Shown: positions 12,299 through 26,276, counted from the first letter of the stretch. The stretch is DNA of 64,000 nt from Eledone cirrhosa (GCA_964016885.1 CAXHJY010001555.1:38891-102890), one strand, 5' to 3'. Translations and numbers: made by a program. Notes: generated by a model from the letters alone, not told the origin.

Positions 12299-13227
12299 CG
12301 GCAAGCCCCACAAGCTTGCTTGATGAGGAGGGTGATTTTGGAAACCCAACAGGATGAAAAACGAAAACCGTCAAAGGACGCAGGATTTCATGAGAGTCAA
12401 CGGCCATACAATAAAGATTTTTTTGTGGAGCTAGGGACTCCTAGTCTTCATTAGGCTGCGTGTTCGAATCACGTCGGGGTCACCAATTTAGCAGTTAGTG
12501 TATTGTGAAGTTGTAATGTTGCCACGAGGAACCTTCTTTGGTAGAAAGATATGATAGGAATATCGACAACGACTTTAGCTTGTTTTTACATAATTTATTA
12601 ACAAAGGTTAAGAAGTGAATTAGGTTGGCATGCCAAGAATAATGAAATAATTCAATTAAGGTTACAAGAGAAAATACGGTCGACTGGCTGAGGCGTTTGG
12701 CCTTGTTCCGTAGTAAAATTGTTGTGTCGTTACATATTGTTTGTGCTTACGGAGCAAAAGAACAAGTGGTGTTTTACCTTAGCGTGGTCGAGCTGCAAGT
12801 CCTAGATTTCTCAAATCTTCGCGGGCTATTTCTCCCTCAGAACGCGTAGGGATACATTCTCTTCCCCTGGCGCTGATTGGCTGAGCTGAGCCAAATCACG
12901 CACAGAGAATGTATGTGAGCCCGCGGAATGTAGGTCACTACAAGGTCAATCTGATATAAAACTTGCGACATCGTTTGCATCAAATGAAATAGACCAGTTC
13001 TTCTTTTTTTGTAAATGCATTTCATTTTTAGAGAGTGGGATTGGCCCATTGCAAAGCCTTTCGTCACTTCAAAAAACTTCATTCAGAGGCATCGCTTGTT
13101 ATGAGACACTTTTGCGATGCATGGTATTCCTGGGCTTAGGCAAGACCGTTACGGTACTAAAAAGCCACGTTTGTGATAATCATGCTTAAGAATCAAGCGA
13201 TGGAATTACTCGAAATCGAGTTGCAGA

Positions 13228-13267
<40 letters not shown>

Positions 13268-13533
13268 CAGCGATTATATATATAAAGCAGCCATTCTTTG
13301 CATAAACTTTAATCTGTTATTTTAATATATATATATATATGACCAAAGATTAATATGGTTCATTGATTACTCAATGAATATAGTTTTACAATAGATTAAA
13401 AGCACTCTACAGTGAAGTTTTCTGGAGTTATTAATATTATTCAGAATATTAATAAATGAAGACATTCACATAATCAAAATATATGTTTTATTATATATAT
13501 TTCGAAGGGACGGTGCTGTTTATTAATATTCCG

Positions 13534-13602
<69 letters not shown>

Positions 13603-13768
13603 TACAAGGGTAGATAAAGTTTTGTTTATGTATATCAGTAAAGAATGCTTAAACAAGAAAACTGCTTACCAGTCAGTTTGACTCGACGGTATCCTTTGAA
13701 TTGTATAGCATAAATATCCATATATATACCCATATATATATATATATATCCATATATATGTATATATA

Positions 13769-13945
13769 TACTTCGTTTTTGAATTTGTTTTGCAAAATTT
13801 CTTATCTGTAAACGTGTGTTGAAACAGATATTGTTATACTTATGGAGGGTCATGCTGCCGACAAAACCATGCGCACCTGTTTGTTTTCACATCAATTTAT
13901 TACAAATGTTCGCTTGGTTGGTTCAATAACCGGAAATTTGTAATA
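13769..13945 (-). mobile_element. PLE 3' tail and pLTR fragment (family of 5805-6320)
   Basis: Reverse complement of atgaccctccataagtataacaatatctgtttcaacacacgtttacag...aacaaattcaaaaacgaag, followed by (TA)n. Confidence 0.75.
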
Positions 13946-13995
13946 GACTTAAGTGAAAACAAACAGGTGCCTGTATTTTTATTTACAGCATATAT

Positions 13996-14029
<34 letters not shown>

Positions 14030-14034
<5 letters not shown>

Positions 14035-14592
14035 TCCAGTCACGCGCTGGGATCGATTTAATCGACTTTCTTCTCCCTCAAAATTGCTAGCCTTGTCCCT
14101 ATAGAAGAAACCATTATTTGGAGCAGTGAAAACAGTTACACGAAAAGACAAAACCACGTTTATGGTATAACTGAAGTCGTAGACTAATATTATATTAGGT
14201 GGTTCGTGGAGATGTTCGCTGGCAATGAACGGAAAAAACGAAGATAATATGTCATTATGTGGGGCGTGGAGAACAATTTCACGCAAAGACAAAACCACGT
14301 TTATGGTATAACTGAAGTCGTAGACTAAAATTCTATTTAGGAAACCGAATGATTCTCGGCTTCACAGTTAAGAATAATGTAAATAAGTTACAGAGGTAAT
14401 TGAAATCAACAAAAATTAAATATATACATGCACGCATCCATATACGTACATACACATGCATACGCGAAAACACCCGGCATGGGTATGCAAATACAATCAC
14501 GTACACAAAAACACTCACGCACATACAGAACCCACGCAGCGCATGTACCCGCACACATACAAACATATACACCAAATACACATAATATATAG

Positions 14593-14645
<53 letters not shown>

Positions 14646-17600
14646 ATAGATATAATTATATAAACGTATATAAATATATACACATAAATACGTATATAAC
14701 GCGTGCGCACACATACCTATATGTAAATACACATATGTTCGCTAAACTTATGTCAACTAAAACACAAAGTACACATATACACACACCCTACATACGTGCG
14801 AACCCGCATACTCACACAGACGCAAAACTCACGTATACACATAACCATATGCACATGTACCAGTATATATAATATTATATATACGCATATAACATATACA
14901 AGCAAATATTCGTACGAGAAAGTATACATACCTTCACAAAACATACACTTAATATATACTTACCTATACAAATAAGTAATTGTATAAACATAACATATAC
15001 TTAGCTACCACATCAAGACGTAAATTATCCGAGTATAGTTCGTACTATCCGTTAGGGTATAATGTAGGGCTGTAATACAGGAACGTTTTGTGCAATTTAT
15101 GTTTACAAGCCGAAATTGCCTCAGACATTTTGTTTAAGATGTGGTCTTTGGCGTAGAGTATTTCCAGGGCTTCAGTGGCGCAGAGGTCACATGGTCTTTT
15201 ATTTCCGTTATACGATCTAGCTTTAGCTAGGATCTCCCAGTGTGACTTATATTGGATGCGGTTGTCTTTTAGACTCCAGATATAGGCTGAAAGTGACGTC
15301 ATATTCCTTCTTAAAGGGTTAAGAAAAGAATGGGTATGCATGTAAAGACGCTGCTTGAATCTATTGGCGGTTAACCCTATGTAGGCCCTACGGGACGTGG
15401 GTGTTTCAACCTTACATTTGTAGACAATGTTACTAGAGAGGTATTTCCTGGATTCCTACAATTACAGTTAGTACTAGCTCCAGGGTTGCACGTGTTCCTA
15501 CGGCTAGGTAATTTAGCTAAATTTGAAGCCGTGATGTTATGTGCAAGGTTAGGAGTCGTAGAGTAAGAAATTTTAATGGTAGTTCTATTAAAAATGTTAC
15601 TATATTTATGTGCTGGGGAGAAAATGCTTCATAATAAGGGAAAGAAAGATCTTAGCTAATGATGTGGCCTCCTCCATATTATATGGTGGGTTATACAACA
15701 TAATGCGTCGGGATCTATTTTTCCTAGGTTTATGCTCATACTCTGTATATGCTACCTTATCGACAAATCCACTCCGAGCAAGAGCTTCATTGTAATATGT
15801 GGAATGGTCGGTGAAAATATGCTTGTTTGTAGATAGACGGGAAAGCCTCAAAGAAACGTTTCTTACCAGGTTCTTGGTTATGCTGGCAGGATGGTTAGAA
15901 TGCTCACTTATGTAATTAAGCGTATCATTCGGCTTTCTATACGGGTAGTGCAAGCCATTCGACAAATTGATGGTAACGTAGAGGTAATTAACCACCGATA
16001 GGTTGGCCTCAACCTGTATTGAGAAGGCCGTGAGTTCTTTTCTGAACCTGTCGCAAGCACGTGGGCTGCACTTTGTCATGGTCAAAAGACCGTCATCACG
16101 GTACAAACCACCACCCACGTTGGGGAATTCTTCCTTGATAAAGAAAAGAAGGAAAAGGCCGATAAGATCAGTAACCTCCGCAGAATAGCTGGCGCCCATA
16201 CTCACGTCGAATGGGGGTACTATTAGATTTGTTTATCCAAATAGAGTCGTCGAAATTAATCACCAACTTACGGGCATTGAGGATAACATCAACTTCGAAA
16301 TCCTTAACCACTGTGAGTGTTTTAGCGGAATTGATAGCTCTAAGAAGAAGTGGTAAAATGATGTCGAATTGGATAAAACGGCAATGTTCCTTGTTGCATA
16401 TGGCGTTGAACCAATCGATTATCGCGAAAAAATTGTTCCACAGTGCAGGAGGGGCCAAACATCTAATTTCAGGTTTAATTCTATCTAAAATCCTTTTACC
16501 AAGTCTACCTAAAATGGACTTTGTAGGGTTAATAAGCCGAATAGAGGGTTGTTCGGGAAATTGGATTTGTGATTCTTCAGGTTAAAGTCGGGAGAAATAG
16601 GGTCCAGAGGTTCAGCCCGGTCCAGGATGTTGAAATCAGAGGTGATTAAACCCAGCATCGTTGATGTCAATGATGCTCCGATTAGTTTTACGGTAATCCT
16701 TAGTTACAGCATTATGTAGTTGTTGATGGTAAGTACTGCGCTCCACTCGATATAGATTGCCAGTTTTGTCGGAATGGACGTGCACGGCATTAGAATCCTT
16801 AATAGAACGAATTCTATTCTTCAGGTCCTGCTGGAAGGAATTGCTCCTATTCTAAAATTTGATACTCTGTATGAGTTTCAAGACATCATTTTCAAAGCGT
16901 AGCAATGCTGGGTTACACAGAGGATAGGTTTTAAACCCAAATTTATCCAGTTTGTAGTCCGCTTTTTCCTGATTATCGAAATAAAAGGCACGCCAACGCA
17001 ATCTTTTAATGAACGTGTCTGTTTTCTGTATCAGGAGTTTTAGGTATGTTTTCCTGCTTGGTACGGGTATGTTCTTTGTAGAAATATTCAGATGTTTCTG
17101 CATGATGAATATAAGTTAATAGAGTGCTCAACTGAGGGAGCCAAATAGTAATATTAATACATTTGAATACAAAAATCCAAAGAGGGATCGATAAGGATAA
17201 ATATATATCAAATATATAAGAACCGTAGAGCAAATATTTATTAAAATAAAAGATTTAAGTTTAAGCAAAGAATCGCTGCTTTCACCCTTAACGGGATCTT
17301 CTGAAACTAAAAAAGTCAACCTGTGAACGCAGAAGTAAATATTTCAAAAAACGTTGCAACCGAAGGATGACAGGAAGACGATACTTTGGTTCGTGGAAAA
17401 GTTCCCTGGCAAAGAACGAAGATAATACGTCATTATTTGGAGCGGTGAAAACAATTACACGCAAAGACAAAACCACGTTTATGGTATAAATGAAGTCGTA
17501 GACTAATATTCTATTAGGTGGTTCGGGGAGACGTTCTCTGGCAATGAACGGAAAAAACGAAGATAATACGTGATTATGTGGAGCGGCGATCAGGACAAAT

Positions 17601-17845
17601 CACACGCAAAGACAAAACCACGTTTATGGTATAACTGAAGTCGTAGACTAAAATTCTATTTAGGAAACCGAACGATTCTCGGCTTCAGAGTTAAGAATAA
17701 TGTAAATAATTACAGAGGTAATTGAAATCAACAAAAATTAAATATATACATGCACGCATCCATATACGTACATACACATGTATACGCGAAAATACCGGCC
17801 ATGAGTATCCAAATACAAGCACGTACACAAAAGTACGCATACATC
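14030..17845 (-). mobile_element. Near full-length, disrupted Hydra-like PLE with direct pLTR-like repeats
   Basis: About 14120-14530 is directly repeated at about 17420-17845, each with about 140-bp internal sub-repeats. An RT/EN ORF lies between them. Confidence 0.85.
15045..17103 (-). pseudogene. PLE RT plus GIY-YIG ORF with multiple frameshifts and stops
   Basis: MQKHLNISTKNIPVPS...KRLRWRA; FIQFDI; MGASYSAEVTDLIG...GLYRDDGL; LSAYIWSLKD...CDLCATEAL...CKH. Confidence 0.9.
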
Positions 17846-18049
17846 TTTCCTTTCTTTTCCGTTCAATTACTACTGGGAGTTTTGGGGAAAAATCCTCTCA
17901 CACGCTCTTCAGAGGATCCTATCACAGGTAGCCCTATCCATTGATCCAGATAGACCCCATCCGAGGCCAAACGAGATCATGGACGTTATCCAATCATTTG
18001 GCCACATGTAATTATGATCGTATTCTTTCGGCTATTATGCGAGATTGAC

Positions 18050-18460
18050 GAGCATAGTTACAAACACTGAATTTAATTTTCAAAGCATGTTAATTCTGTT
18101 CATGTATATAAGTATGCTGACTCTTCGCAGCGTTCGACAGTCATATTGAATGGTTTCGTCTTAGCACTGTTAGCCAAACACAGATTCTAATGTCATTTTA
18201 TAGATACATCAGTGTAAGATGTTGACCGTCGATCCCATACATTTGCAGAACATTCCTAAACAAGCTCTGTAGAATGTGGTCGTATACATAGGCTTTTAAC
18301 ATAAAACGAGACGGTATACTCTGACTGACTCGTGTGTGCTCGGTTGCCTGGATATCTGGAAAGGCACCAAAACAATGGCAATCGAGAATGATAATCCCAA
18401 TTTCCAAAAATGGAAGACCAGACAGATTTCTCTAATTATTGAGGAATCTTCTTGTTAAGC
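18050..18460 (-). mobile_element. Highly decayed non-LTR (RTE/L2-like) RT remnant
   Basis: Minus strand LKAYVYDHIL...LQMYGIDG resembles the RT motif KAFDxVxH...LxxxGI. Weak. Confidence 0.4.
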
Positions 18461-18740
18461 ATGATCGGTAAAGTCCTTGCTAAGTGTCTGGCAAAGAGAT
18501 TTAGAGATTCTGTCAAGTCCAAGGTAACTGTGGTCTTCACACCGAACATAGTACAGCCGACCAATTATTCACTCTCTGGCAGATCTTCAGAAAGTCGCGG
18601 ATGTATAGCCAGGAAGTGTATTGCTTCGTGGACATCGAATAGTCATACGACCACATTCCACAGAGCTTGTTTAGGAATGGTTGTTTCCACTACTGCCCAT
18701 CTCCTCAATCTTTCTAATTCTTTGTTAATTTCTTATTTTA

Positions 18741-18778
18741 TTTCCTGAAGAAGGAGTAGTGTGTCCGAAACGTTAAGA
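18741..18778 (+). ncRNA. Minimal type I HHR of the PLE type; helix I weak
   Basis: CTGAAGA-a-gga-gtagtgtg-tcc-GAAA-cg-TT, with palindromic ACGT helix III. Confidence 0.55.
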
Positions 18779-20521
18779 CTTTTCCCTACTACATCAAGCG
18801 TAAAACTAATAATATATTTCTTCATTGTACTGTGTATTATGCTTTGGTATTTCTGTATGACTTTTGCGTTGCCCGAGTTATTGCTGTTCTTATTCAGATT
18901 AGTAAACAATAAATATGAAGAAATGTTTTTTTTCCTCATAATTATTTCAAAATTTCTATATTTTATTAAGAAAAATATCAAAATTGTAATGATAATAGAA
19001 TTTAGAAATGAAAATCTATCAATCTTGAAGCACCTTTGGGTAAACAATATTGATTGTGTAATTCATGTATGTGTAGATGTGTGTGTGTATTCAATAACGT
19101 AACTAATGAACTCATAAACACACACACACACTCAGACATATACATATTCATATACAAAATGAGACGTCCGATTGTTTTATCCAAATGAAAATAAAAATTA
19201 TCACACATGCACTCACACACACTTTCACATACACTCAACATATACTAAGAGAGACATACACAGACATACATTCACGCACACCTGTCTGTCATCACATATG
19301 TATCTGTATGTGTAGATGTGTGCGTGTGTATTTAATCGTTTGTGTGCACTCATATACAAAATGTGACGTTGCCGTGGAGGTGGAGGTTTACTATAGTTGA
19401 CTAAAGAAAATATTGTTATGTCAGTCAACACGCACACACACGCACACGCACACACACATACACACACTCTAACATACATTCACATACATATACTAAGACA
19501 GACACACATGCAAAACGTGACGTCTACACTCTCACATACACTGCCACACACTATGAGTATGTATGTATAGATGTGTAAGTGTTTAATTCTTTGAGGCCTA
19601 ACATACATAACAAATGCACAGACACACACAGACTCACAGACACACTCATATACAAAATGTGAGTCGTCGTCGTGTTGGTTGTGGTTTACTATAGTTGACT
19701 ATAACAAATATTATTTAAGATAAAATCTTATATTGTTTTAATCCAAATGAAACTAAAAGTTACATGTTGACACTCCCGGGGTCTAATACTATTAACCTTG
19801 TACAATTTGATTTGATTTGGCCCAGCCGTTAGAGAATGCATAGGAACAGACAGACAGACAGACAACAAAGAATGTTGTATATATATAGAAAAATTGTGTG
19901 TATGTATGTATGTATGTGTGCATATGTATTTATGTGTATGTATGTATCTATGTACGTACTTACGTATGTATGCATGTATGTGTCTTTGTATATATAAATG
20001 TATATGTGTGTGTACGTATGTATGTATATGTATGTATGCATATCTATATATGTATGCTCTCATGTATGTTTGTAAATGTATATGTATTTATATCTATGTA
20101 TATGTACATATGTTTATACAAGGACATGTATGTATGCATCATGAGTGTGTATGAATGTATATGTATTTATATGTATGTAATGTACCTACGTGTATGCGTG
20201 TGTATGTATATATGCACTCATGTATGTGCTCAGCCAACCAAACCTGTATGATTATATGGTACATAAGTACAACTGTATATTGAGGTTAACTTATTACTAT
20301 TTTTTAAATTCTTATTTCATTTACATTCGTCTTAGGTACATCGCTTACTATGTAAATCATAAACAACGACTTCGGTAGTTTCCGCCTGCTTTCCTAGTCG
20401 CTAAACAGGTCATTACACACACACACACACATACACACACACACACACATTTATTTATATTTATATATATATATATATATATACACGCACACACACACAT
20501 ATATATATATATGTATATATA

Positions 20522-20600
20522 CAGGGTGTCCCACAAAATGTATATATACTTTGATTAGAAAGGCTGTTTAAGTATGTATACATTTTTTAGGGACATCATA
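20522..20600. mobile_element. Tiny Tc1/mariner-like MITE remnant
   Basis: TA-cagggtgtcccacaaaatgtata ... tatacattttttagggacatcata form imperfect terminal inverted repeats in a TA context. Confidence 0.55.
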
Positions 20601-20902
20601 TTTATATATGTATATATATATATATATATAAATATATATATATAAATACTTGTTTGCGTGTGTGTTTGTATGTATTATGTATGTATATATGTATTTGTAT
20701 GTGTGTATGTATGTCTCTATGTATCTGTGTATTCTGCAATCTCTCCGTACATTACAGATATTGCCGAACTCACACACAGACACACGCATATTGTAAATGG
20801 ACTGTTTTAGCGACTACGAAATCTCGTGGAAACTACCTAAGATATTGTTTATTTTTATCGGTAGAGCCGGCCCTTGTGGCCAATAAATGAAACTATTATT
20901 AT

Positions 20903-21095
20903 CCGTAGAGTGTCGAACAACATGCTTTGCGATATATTGTTACGGCCCTTAACGTTCTGAGTTCAAATCCAGTCGAGGTTAGCTTTACCTTTTATACTTA
21001 TGGTTAGCTTTAGCTTTTATACTTATGGGATAAAATAAGGTACCAGTAATGCACTGGGGTCGATTTCATCAACTTACACCTCCCCTGAAATTGTT
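20903..21095 (+). mobile_element. Nin-like SINE with a small internal duplication
   Basis: ttctgagttcaaatccagtcgaggttagc...gataaaataaggtaccagtaatgcactggg. Confidence 0.7.
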
Positions 21096-21494
21096 GACGC
21101 GGGAAAGGTTGGGTTATTCGCAGTTCCCAGTGTGCGCCTGAAAATGCTAGCGACCCTGGGCGCCCATATTGGATTTTCAATAGCAACCTTTGCTAGGTGT
21201 TTTTATGGCAGATCAATTTTTTGTGTGGAACTATCACTAGCTGTTAAGTCCTTCTTCTATCCAGTTTTCTTAATTCAGAGTGAATAAGCCGGGGATGTTT
21301 GAGCTCGAAGAGTATCGAACTTATTCAACAAACTTATGTATAAGAATAGAAAATTTACTGTCTTAGCGCAGGCCGGTGGGAGTGAATTGGTACTCACAAG
21401 GGAGCGGGTGAAAAACCCCAAAACACGCAATTCATCCGTTCCCTTGTCGATCCAATTTGGATTGCCTCGGAAACATAACCTTATTATGTAACAA

Positions 21495-21568
21495 GCTGCC
21501 TGATGATGACACGACACTCGCACACAGAACAGTGTGGCCAGTGTCGTCACTGAAATATATATCACAGC
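21495..21568 (+). ncRNA. Type I HHR with intact core and (UA)n helix III
   Basis: gctgc-CTGATGA-tgacacgacact...agtgtcgtcact-GAAA-tatata-TC-acagc, cleavage triplet AUC. Confidence 0.7.
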
Positions 21569-22689
21569 ATTATTATTATTAAAGGATTTGAACATCTGAA
21601 ACTACTTCGCTTTTCCTTATTCGATATTTACTCCGTCACTCCTATGTGGAAAAAAGTACGTTGAGTGCTTGAATTGCATCAATGTTTACCCTATGTATGT
21701 ATGTATGTATGTATGTATGTATGTATGTATGTATGTATGTATGTATGTATGTATGTATGTATGTGTGCGCATGCGCGTGCGCGTGCGTGTGTGTACGTAC
21801 CTATCGCGTCCCATTATTTATGACTATATTATGTGAATCGTGGAAAATTTCGCTGCTATAGTTTAGAATTAATATGGCTATGAAACTAAATATTGAATAG
21901 AATTATAGTCTCGTTGTTTTAAGTTTATTCTCACCACCTCTTCTGTTCTTTAATTGAGTATTACGCGTGATTTATCTTCTGAACATATCTTTAAAAGGAT
22001 AGGATTTCCAAGTAAAGAAACAGAAACTTAGGAATAGATGCTAATAAATGTTAAGGTAACTAACTATCAGGCAGGATTCCTTATGAGGATAATTAGGTTC
22101 AAGTAGAAATAAATAATCAAATAATTAAGAAGGTAATATACTGGGATTTATGTGAACACATCTTGTTTAAATTAGTTAAATATACCCTCTATATATATCA
22201 TTTGAAGCTACACAAGTTAAATGTTTTCTCCGAGGTATCGATTTTTATTCATTGATTCGTTCTACAGCTGTATGCCAGAAGTTAATTTGTGTTATCAAGC
22301 AACTATAGTAACGCCTTACAAAATATATAATCAGATAATGTTTTAGTTCATTAGATGAGACAATTCTCTACACAGAGAATATGATTACAAAGAAGACAGA
22401 TTTTAATTTCTTAGAGATTAAACTGATATCGAATGAACTATTTTAACGTAACAGCAGACCTTTAAATAATTACTTTGCAATGCCTACATTGAAAATTCAA
22501 GACAATTGTAATGAAATAATGTTTGACACATATCTAACACTCTTTTTCTAATTATTTACACAATTTCAACTGATGTGTTAAGATTATTGCTAACCTTAGT
22601 TAGATGGTCGACAAAATAGGACCAGAGCAACTGGATTTCGTTTCAAATACAGATGTCGACAAATTTCAAGTACTGAGACATTGAAAAAC

Positions 22690-23012
22690 TGGCACTCCAT
22701 CGGTTACGATGACGAATATTCCGGTTGATACGATCAGGTTGGAAGAACCTGCTCGTGAAATTAACGTGCAAGTGACTGAGCATTCTACAGACACGTGTAC
22801 CCTTAACATATTTATCAGAACGATTCAGCGTGACACAGAATATGACAAGGCCGACCCTTCGAATTACAGGTACAACACGTTTGCCAGTTGGGTGGACTAG
22901 AGTGACGTGAAATAAAGTGTCTTGCTCAAGGACACACAACGCGCCACCGTGAATCAAATTCACGACCTTTCGATCCTCAGTTGAATACTCTAGCCACTAA
23001 GCTACGCGCCTT
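22690..23012 (-). mobile_element. tRNA-derived CORE-type SINE
   Basis: Minus strand head ggcgcgtagcttagtggctagag (A box), then CORE-like gtgtccttgagcaagacactttatttc. Confidence 0.75.
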
Positions 23013-23958
23013 CACGAAACATTAAAATACTGCCTTGTTCATAGTGCTGTGTTCTTTTATCGACCACAGAGGGATGACAGTATAATCTGTATAATTTGAA
23101 CTCAATACGTATGGTTTGTATAAAACGAGCGAATCTTATAGTTACTCTGATTTAACTGAAGTGCGTACTAGATGTTCTGACATATCAAATTACAATGCAC
23201 GATCTATTTCTCAAAAGTTCAAAGCTTCAAAAGTCCGTAGTTTCTTTCTGAAGATCTGAAGTTATAGCATACAAAGGTTTGAATTTTCCAATAAAACAAT
23301 TAATTTTATCTCTTCTGGATACTGTTTAATTAAGTATATAACGCCAACTTTCTGTGGGCGTTTGATAGCGGGACTCATTAGTCATAGCAGATAGATCGTT
23401 ATCGTTTTGATATAAGCTATCTACACTCCATTTATCATCCACTTTATCATCTACAAGCACTGGCCGGTCTAACGGATGTGGAAGCAAAAAAAAAAAAAAA
23501 CGAAAAAAAAAAAGAAATTGCCAACATAATTGTTTCAGTGTCTATCTATCATTCACATTTTCTGAAGATGTTCGTTTACATTCTGTCGACAGTTGACCGG
23601 CAAATCAAGAAAAATAGACACTTATTGGTAACCACAAAAGGAATCATATAATAACTTCTCATATTCCTACTTTTGTAACGTAACTTATTCAATTTAGTTT
23701 CTCGTCAGAACCTAATTTGCCAGCTTAAGAAATCTTTACAAAGTATGCTCTATAAGCAAACATTTCATGACATTAACTCTTACATTACAAGGGATATTTA
23801 TATATCTAACGCTTCCTAATACTGATCATGAAAACTGACTCACGTTTGTAAATCAATATATAAAAAAGAGTACGGACCCTTATTGACAATCCAATCGTTG
23901 ATACTTACATTGTGTTGAATTTAATTTTCAAAGAACAAATTAAAACATATTTCCTTCC

Positions 23959-24079
23959 ATTCTGAGTTCAAATCCCGCCGAGGTTAACTTTGCCTTTCAT
24001 CCTACGGGGTCGATAAAATAAAGTACCAGTAATACACTGGGTTATTGCTGGCCTTGTGCCTAACGTAGAAACAATTATT
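23959..24079 (+). mobile_element. 5'-truncated Nin-like SINE
   Basis: ttctgagttcaaatcccgccgaggttaac...gtagaaacaattatt. Confidence 0.8.
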
Positions 24080-24426
24080 TCCTCTTAATTAAGTGAATTC
24101 TGAAGCTGTGACATATATTCATTAAAGCTGCAGAAAGAAAGTTTCACATGGAAGTTGAAGTAAAGGTAAACTAGTAAGACTTCAAAACAGCAGATAATCT
24201 AATCAAAAGACCCAAACGGCTATTGATGTAGTCTATTATCTCTTGGTATCCAGTCACTATTAAAGTGATCGATAATAAAGTGGAGGCTCTTTCTCAATAA
24301 TTATTATAAAAACAGTTTAATAAACCTCTTGAACAGGAGAATTAAACTCTGCACTGTATTTTTACGATTCAAGATAAGTTTCAGAAGAATAAAAGCAGGA
24401 AAATATATATGTCTGGGAAAATTAAA

Positions 24427-24541
24427 GGCGGCGAATTTTCAAAAGCAGTAGAACGTCGAGGGCTTTCTGTATTTGATTTCAAATCCCACCGAGGCCAGTT
24501 CTGCCTTTTATCATTCAGGTGTCGATAAATAAATTACCAGT
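24427..24541 (+). mobile_element. Degenerate Nin-like SINE
   Basis: ggcggcgaatt...ttcaaatcccaccgagg...gtcgataaataaattaccag. Confidence 0.6.
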
Positions 24542-25029
24542 CTGAATTGATGCATCCTTAGTAGGTCAGATGTAATGTTTTGTGCCATCTGTGTCGGCTC
24601 CTCTCATTCTGATTTAGCGTCACACCGTGGCCAACTTGAGTGGTAGACATACTCAGTCACCTGGTTTAACAATCCCACCTTGACCATGTTGAAGCTAAAT
24701 TTATATATATATATATATGTGTGTGCGGGGGGGGGGGGGGGGGCTAAGTGCATGTATGTGTGTGTGTATCAGCTTTGACTACTCAATACCAATGTATGGT
24801 ACCGCTGCTATTCTGCGCCTCTTTTAGCATAAAATTTAAGTGCACCATTATAGATTACTGAACTCAAATACGGCACCCATTATATTGTTCTTCTGAAAAC
24901 ATTTTACCTATGTATTGGCCACAATGTTCCTTGTCTGCTCTGGGTTAATTCCTGGTTATACATATCAACATATATGGATTTAAATTATGAAAACATTTAA
25001 AGTTTTAAAGAGATTTTGTTGTCTTTTAC

Positions 25030-25186
25030 CTGTACTCTCCAGTTCTGGGAACAGTCCACACTTGAACACCTGGTATTAATGGATGCATTATTACTGAATC
25101 CAATTTAGTGCCTCTATAAGCAGCGTCACACATATGCTGCTTGGGACCAAAATTTCTTTTCGAATTGCATGTCGAAAATGTCATTG
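25030..25186 (-). CDS. ALK: Internal coding exon (157 nt, phase 1 to phase 2) of an ALK/LTK-like protein, at the start of the glycine-rich/TNF-like extracellular region
   Basis: Polypyrimidine tract with a tttgtag acceptor and a CAG|GTAAAA donor. Encodes MTFSTCNSKRNFGPKQHMCDAAYRGTKLDSVIMHPLIPGVQVWTVPRTGEY(R), matching the ALK/LTK pattern FTTCG..G..GP.Q..C..AY....L....G.Q.W.VP.T..Y. Orthology to ALK itself, rather than another protein with this domain, is an inference. Confidence 0.75.
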
Positions 25187-26184
25187 CTACAAAACCAAAT
25201 CGAAAAAAAAGAAAAAAAAACAATTATGGATATAATTTACATAAAGACAATCTCTTAAATAATAAAAAAAATGTTATCATCTCACTAAATATTTTCAATG
25301 CTTATTAGATATTCCACTGAAATATATGAATTATGAATATGACTCAGAAGCATAAGAATCTACTTAAAATAAATGCTTGTGTTTTTTTTCATCTCCCCAC
25401 TAATAATGTTTCAAAATACAATTATTAAATTCTTATATCCATATATATTTTCCTTGTTTAATTTCAACGGAATTGAGATATGTTCATGAATGTTTCAAAA
25501 TTAGTTGGAAGATAAAGAAATATATAACGTTGAATCCATTTCAAATAGTTTCATTAATATATTCTACCGGAATACTATCAGCAACAAAAGTGAGTTAATA
25601 ACAAACGCGTTTGTCTGGTGGCTGGAGCCGCGGGGCGACCAGTGCGTGCACCACATTTGCTCTTAATAGTGACAGTTGGGAGGGCGACAGAGGCGGAGGG
25701 CGTGACAGAGGGAATTTGGTTCCTTTGTTTTCGGACCTGGTGTATATCTATATATTTATTTACCGGACTACACACATTTATCAAATATTTGAAATAATTT
25801 TGAAAATTAAGCTGATAGCAATGATCTCAATTATTTAAGATATAGCCATACGTGAAACCACATTAGCAATACATTCTTAAAGGGTACAAATCAGCACTAT
25901 ATCAGCATAACATTACACATTCAAATCGTTACTCTAATTTATTGAAGATTTTCACAATGATCGGTCTACTACTGAAGATACTATAGATATTTGAATTAAT
26001 ATTTTCTGCTAAATCATGCATGGTCCTGTTACTCTAGGGCATTTAAAAACCTGACAGAGCCCATCTCCTAAACGTCGAAACAGCGGTTACGAAAATCCGC
26101 CATTTGCTTATAATAGTGAGAGATGGAGAGAGGGAAAGAGAGGGAGGCAGTGAGAATGGGAATTTGATTCCATTAAGTGACAAG

Positions 26185-26276
<92 letters not shown>

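Noticed and set aside
14140-14330. Repeated 49-bp blocks with intervening sequence (also 17458-17650) resembling a CRISPR array
   Set aside because: The context is eukaryotic, the intervening sequences are homologous to each other, and the blocks are pLTR sub-repeats.
17272-17308. Minus-strand cagaaga-tccc-gttaa-gggt-gaaa
   Set aside because: Probably a decayed HHR, but the core U and the cleavage-site UH are absent.
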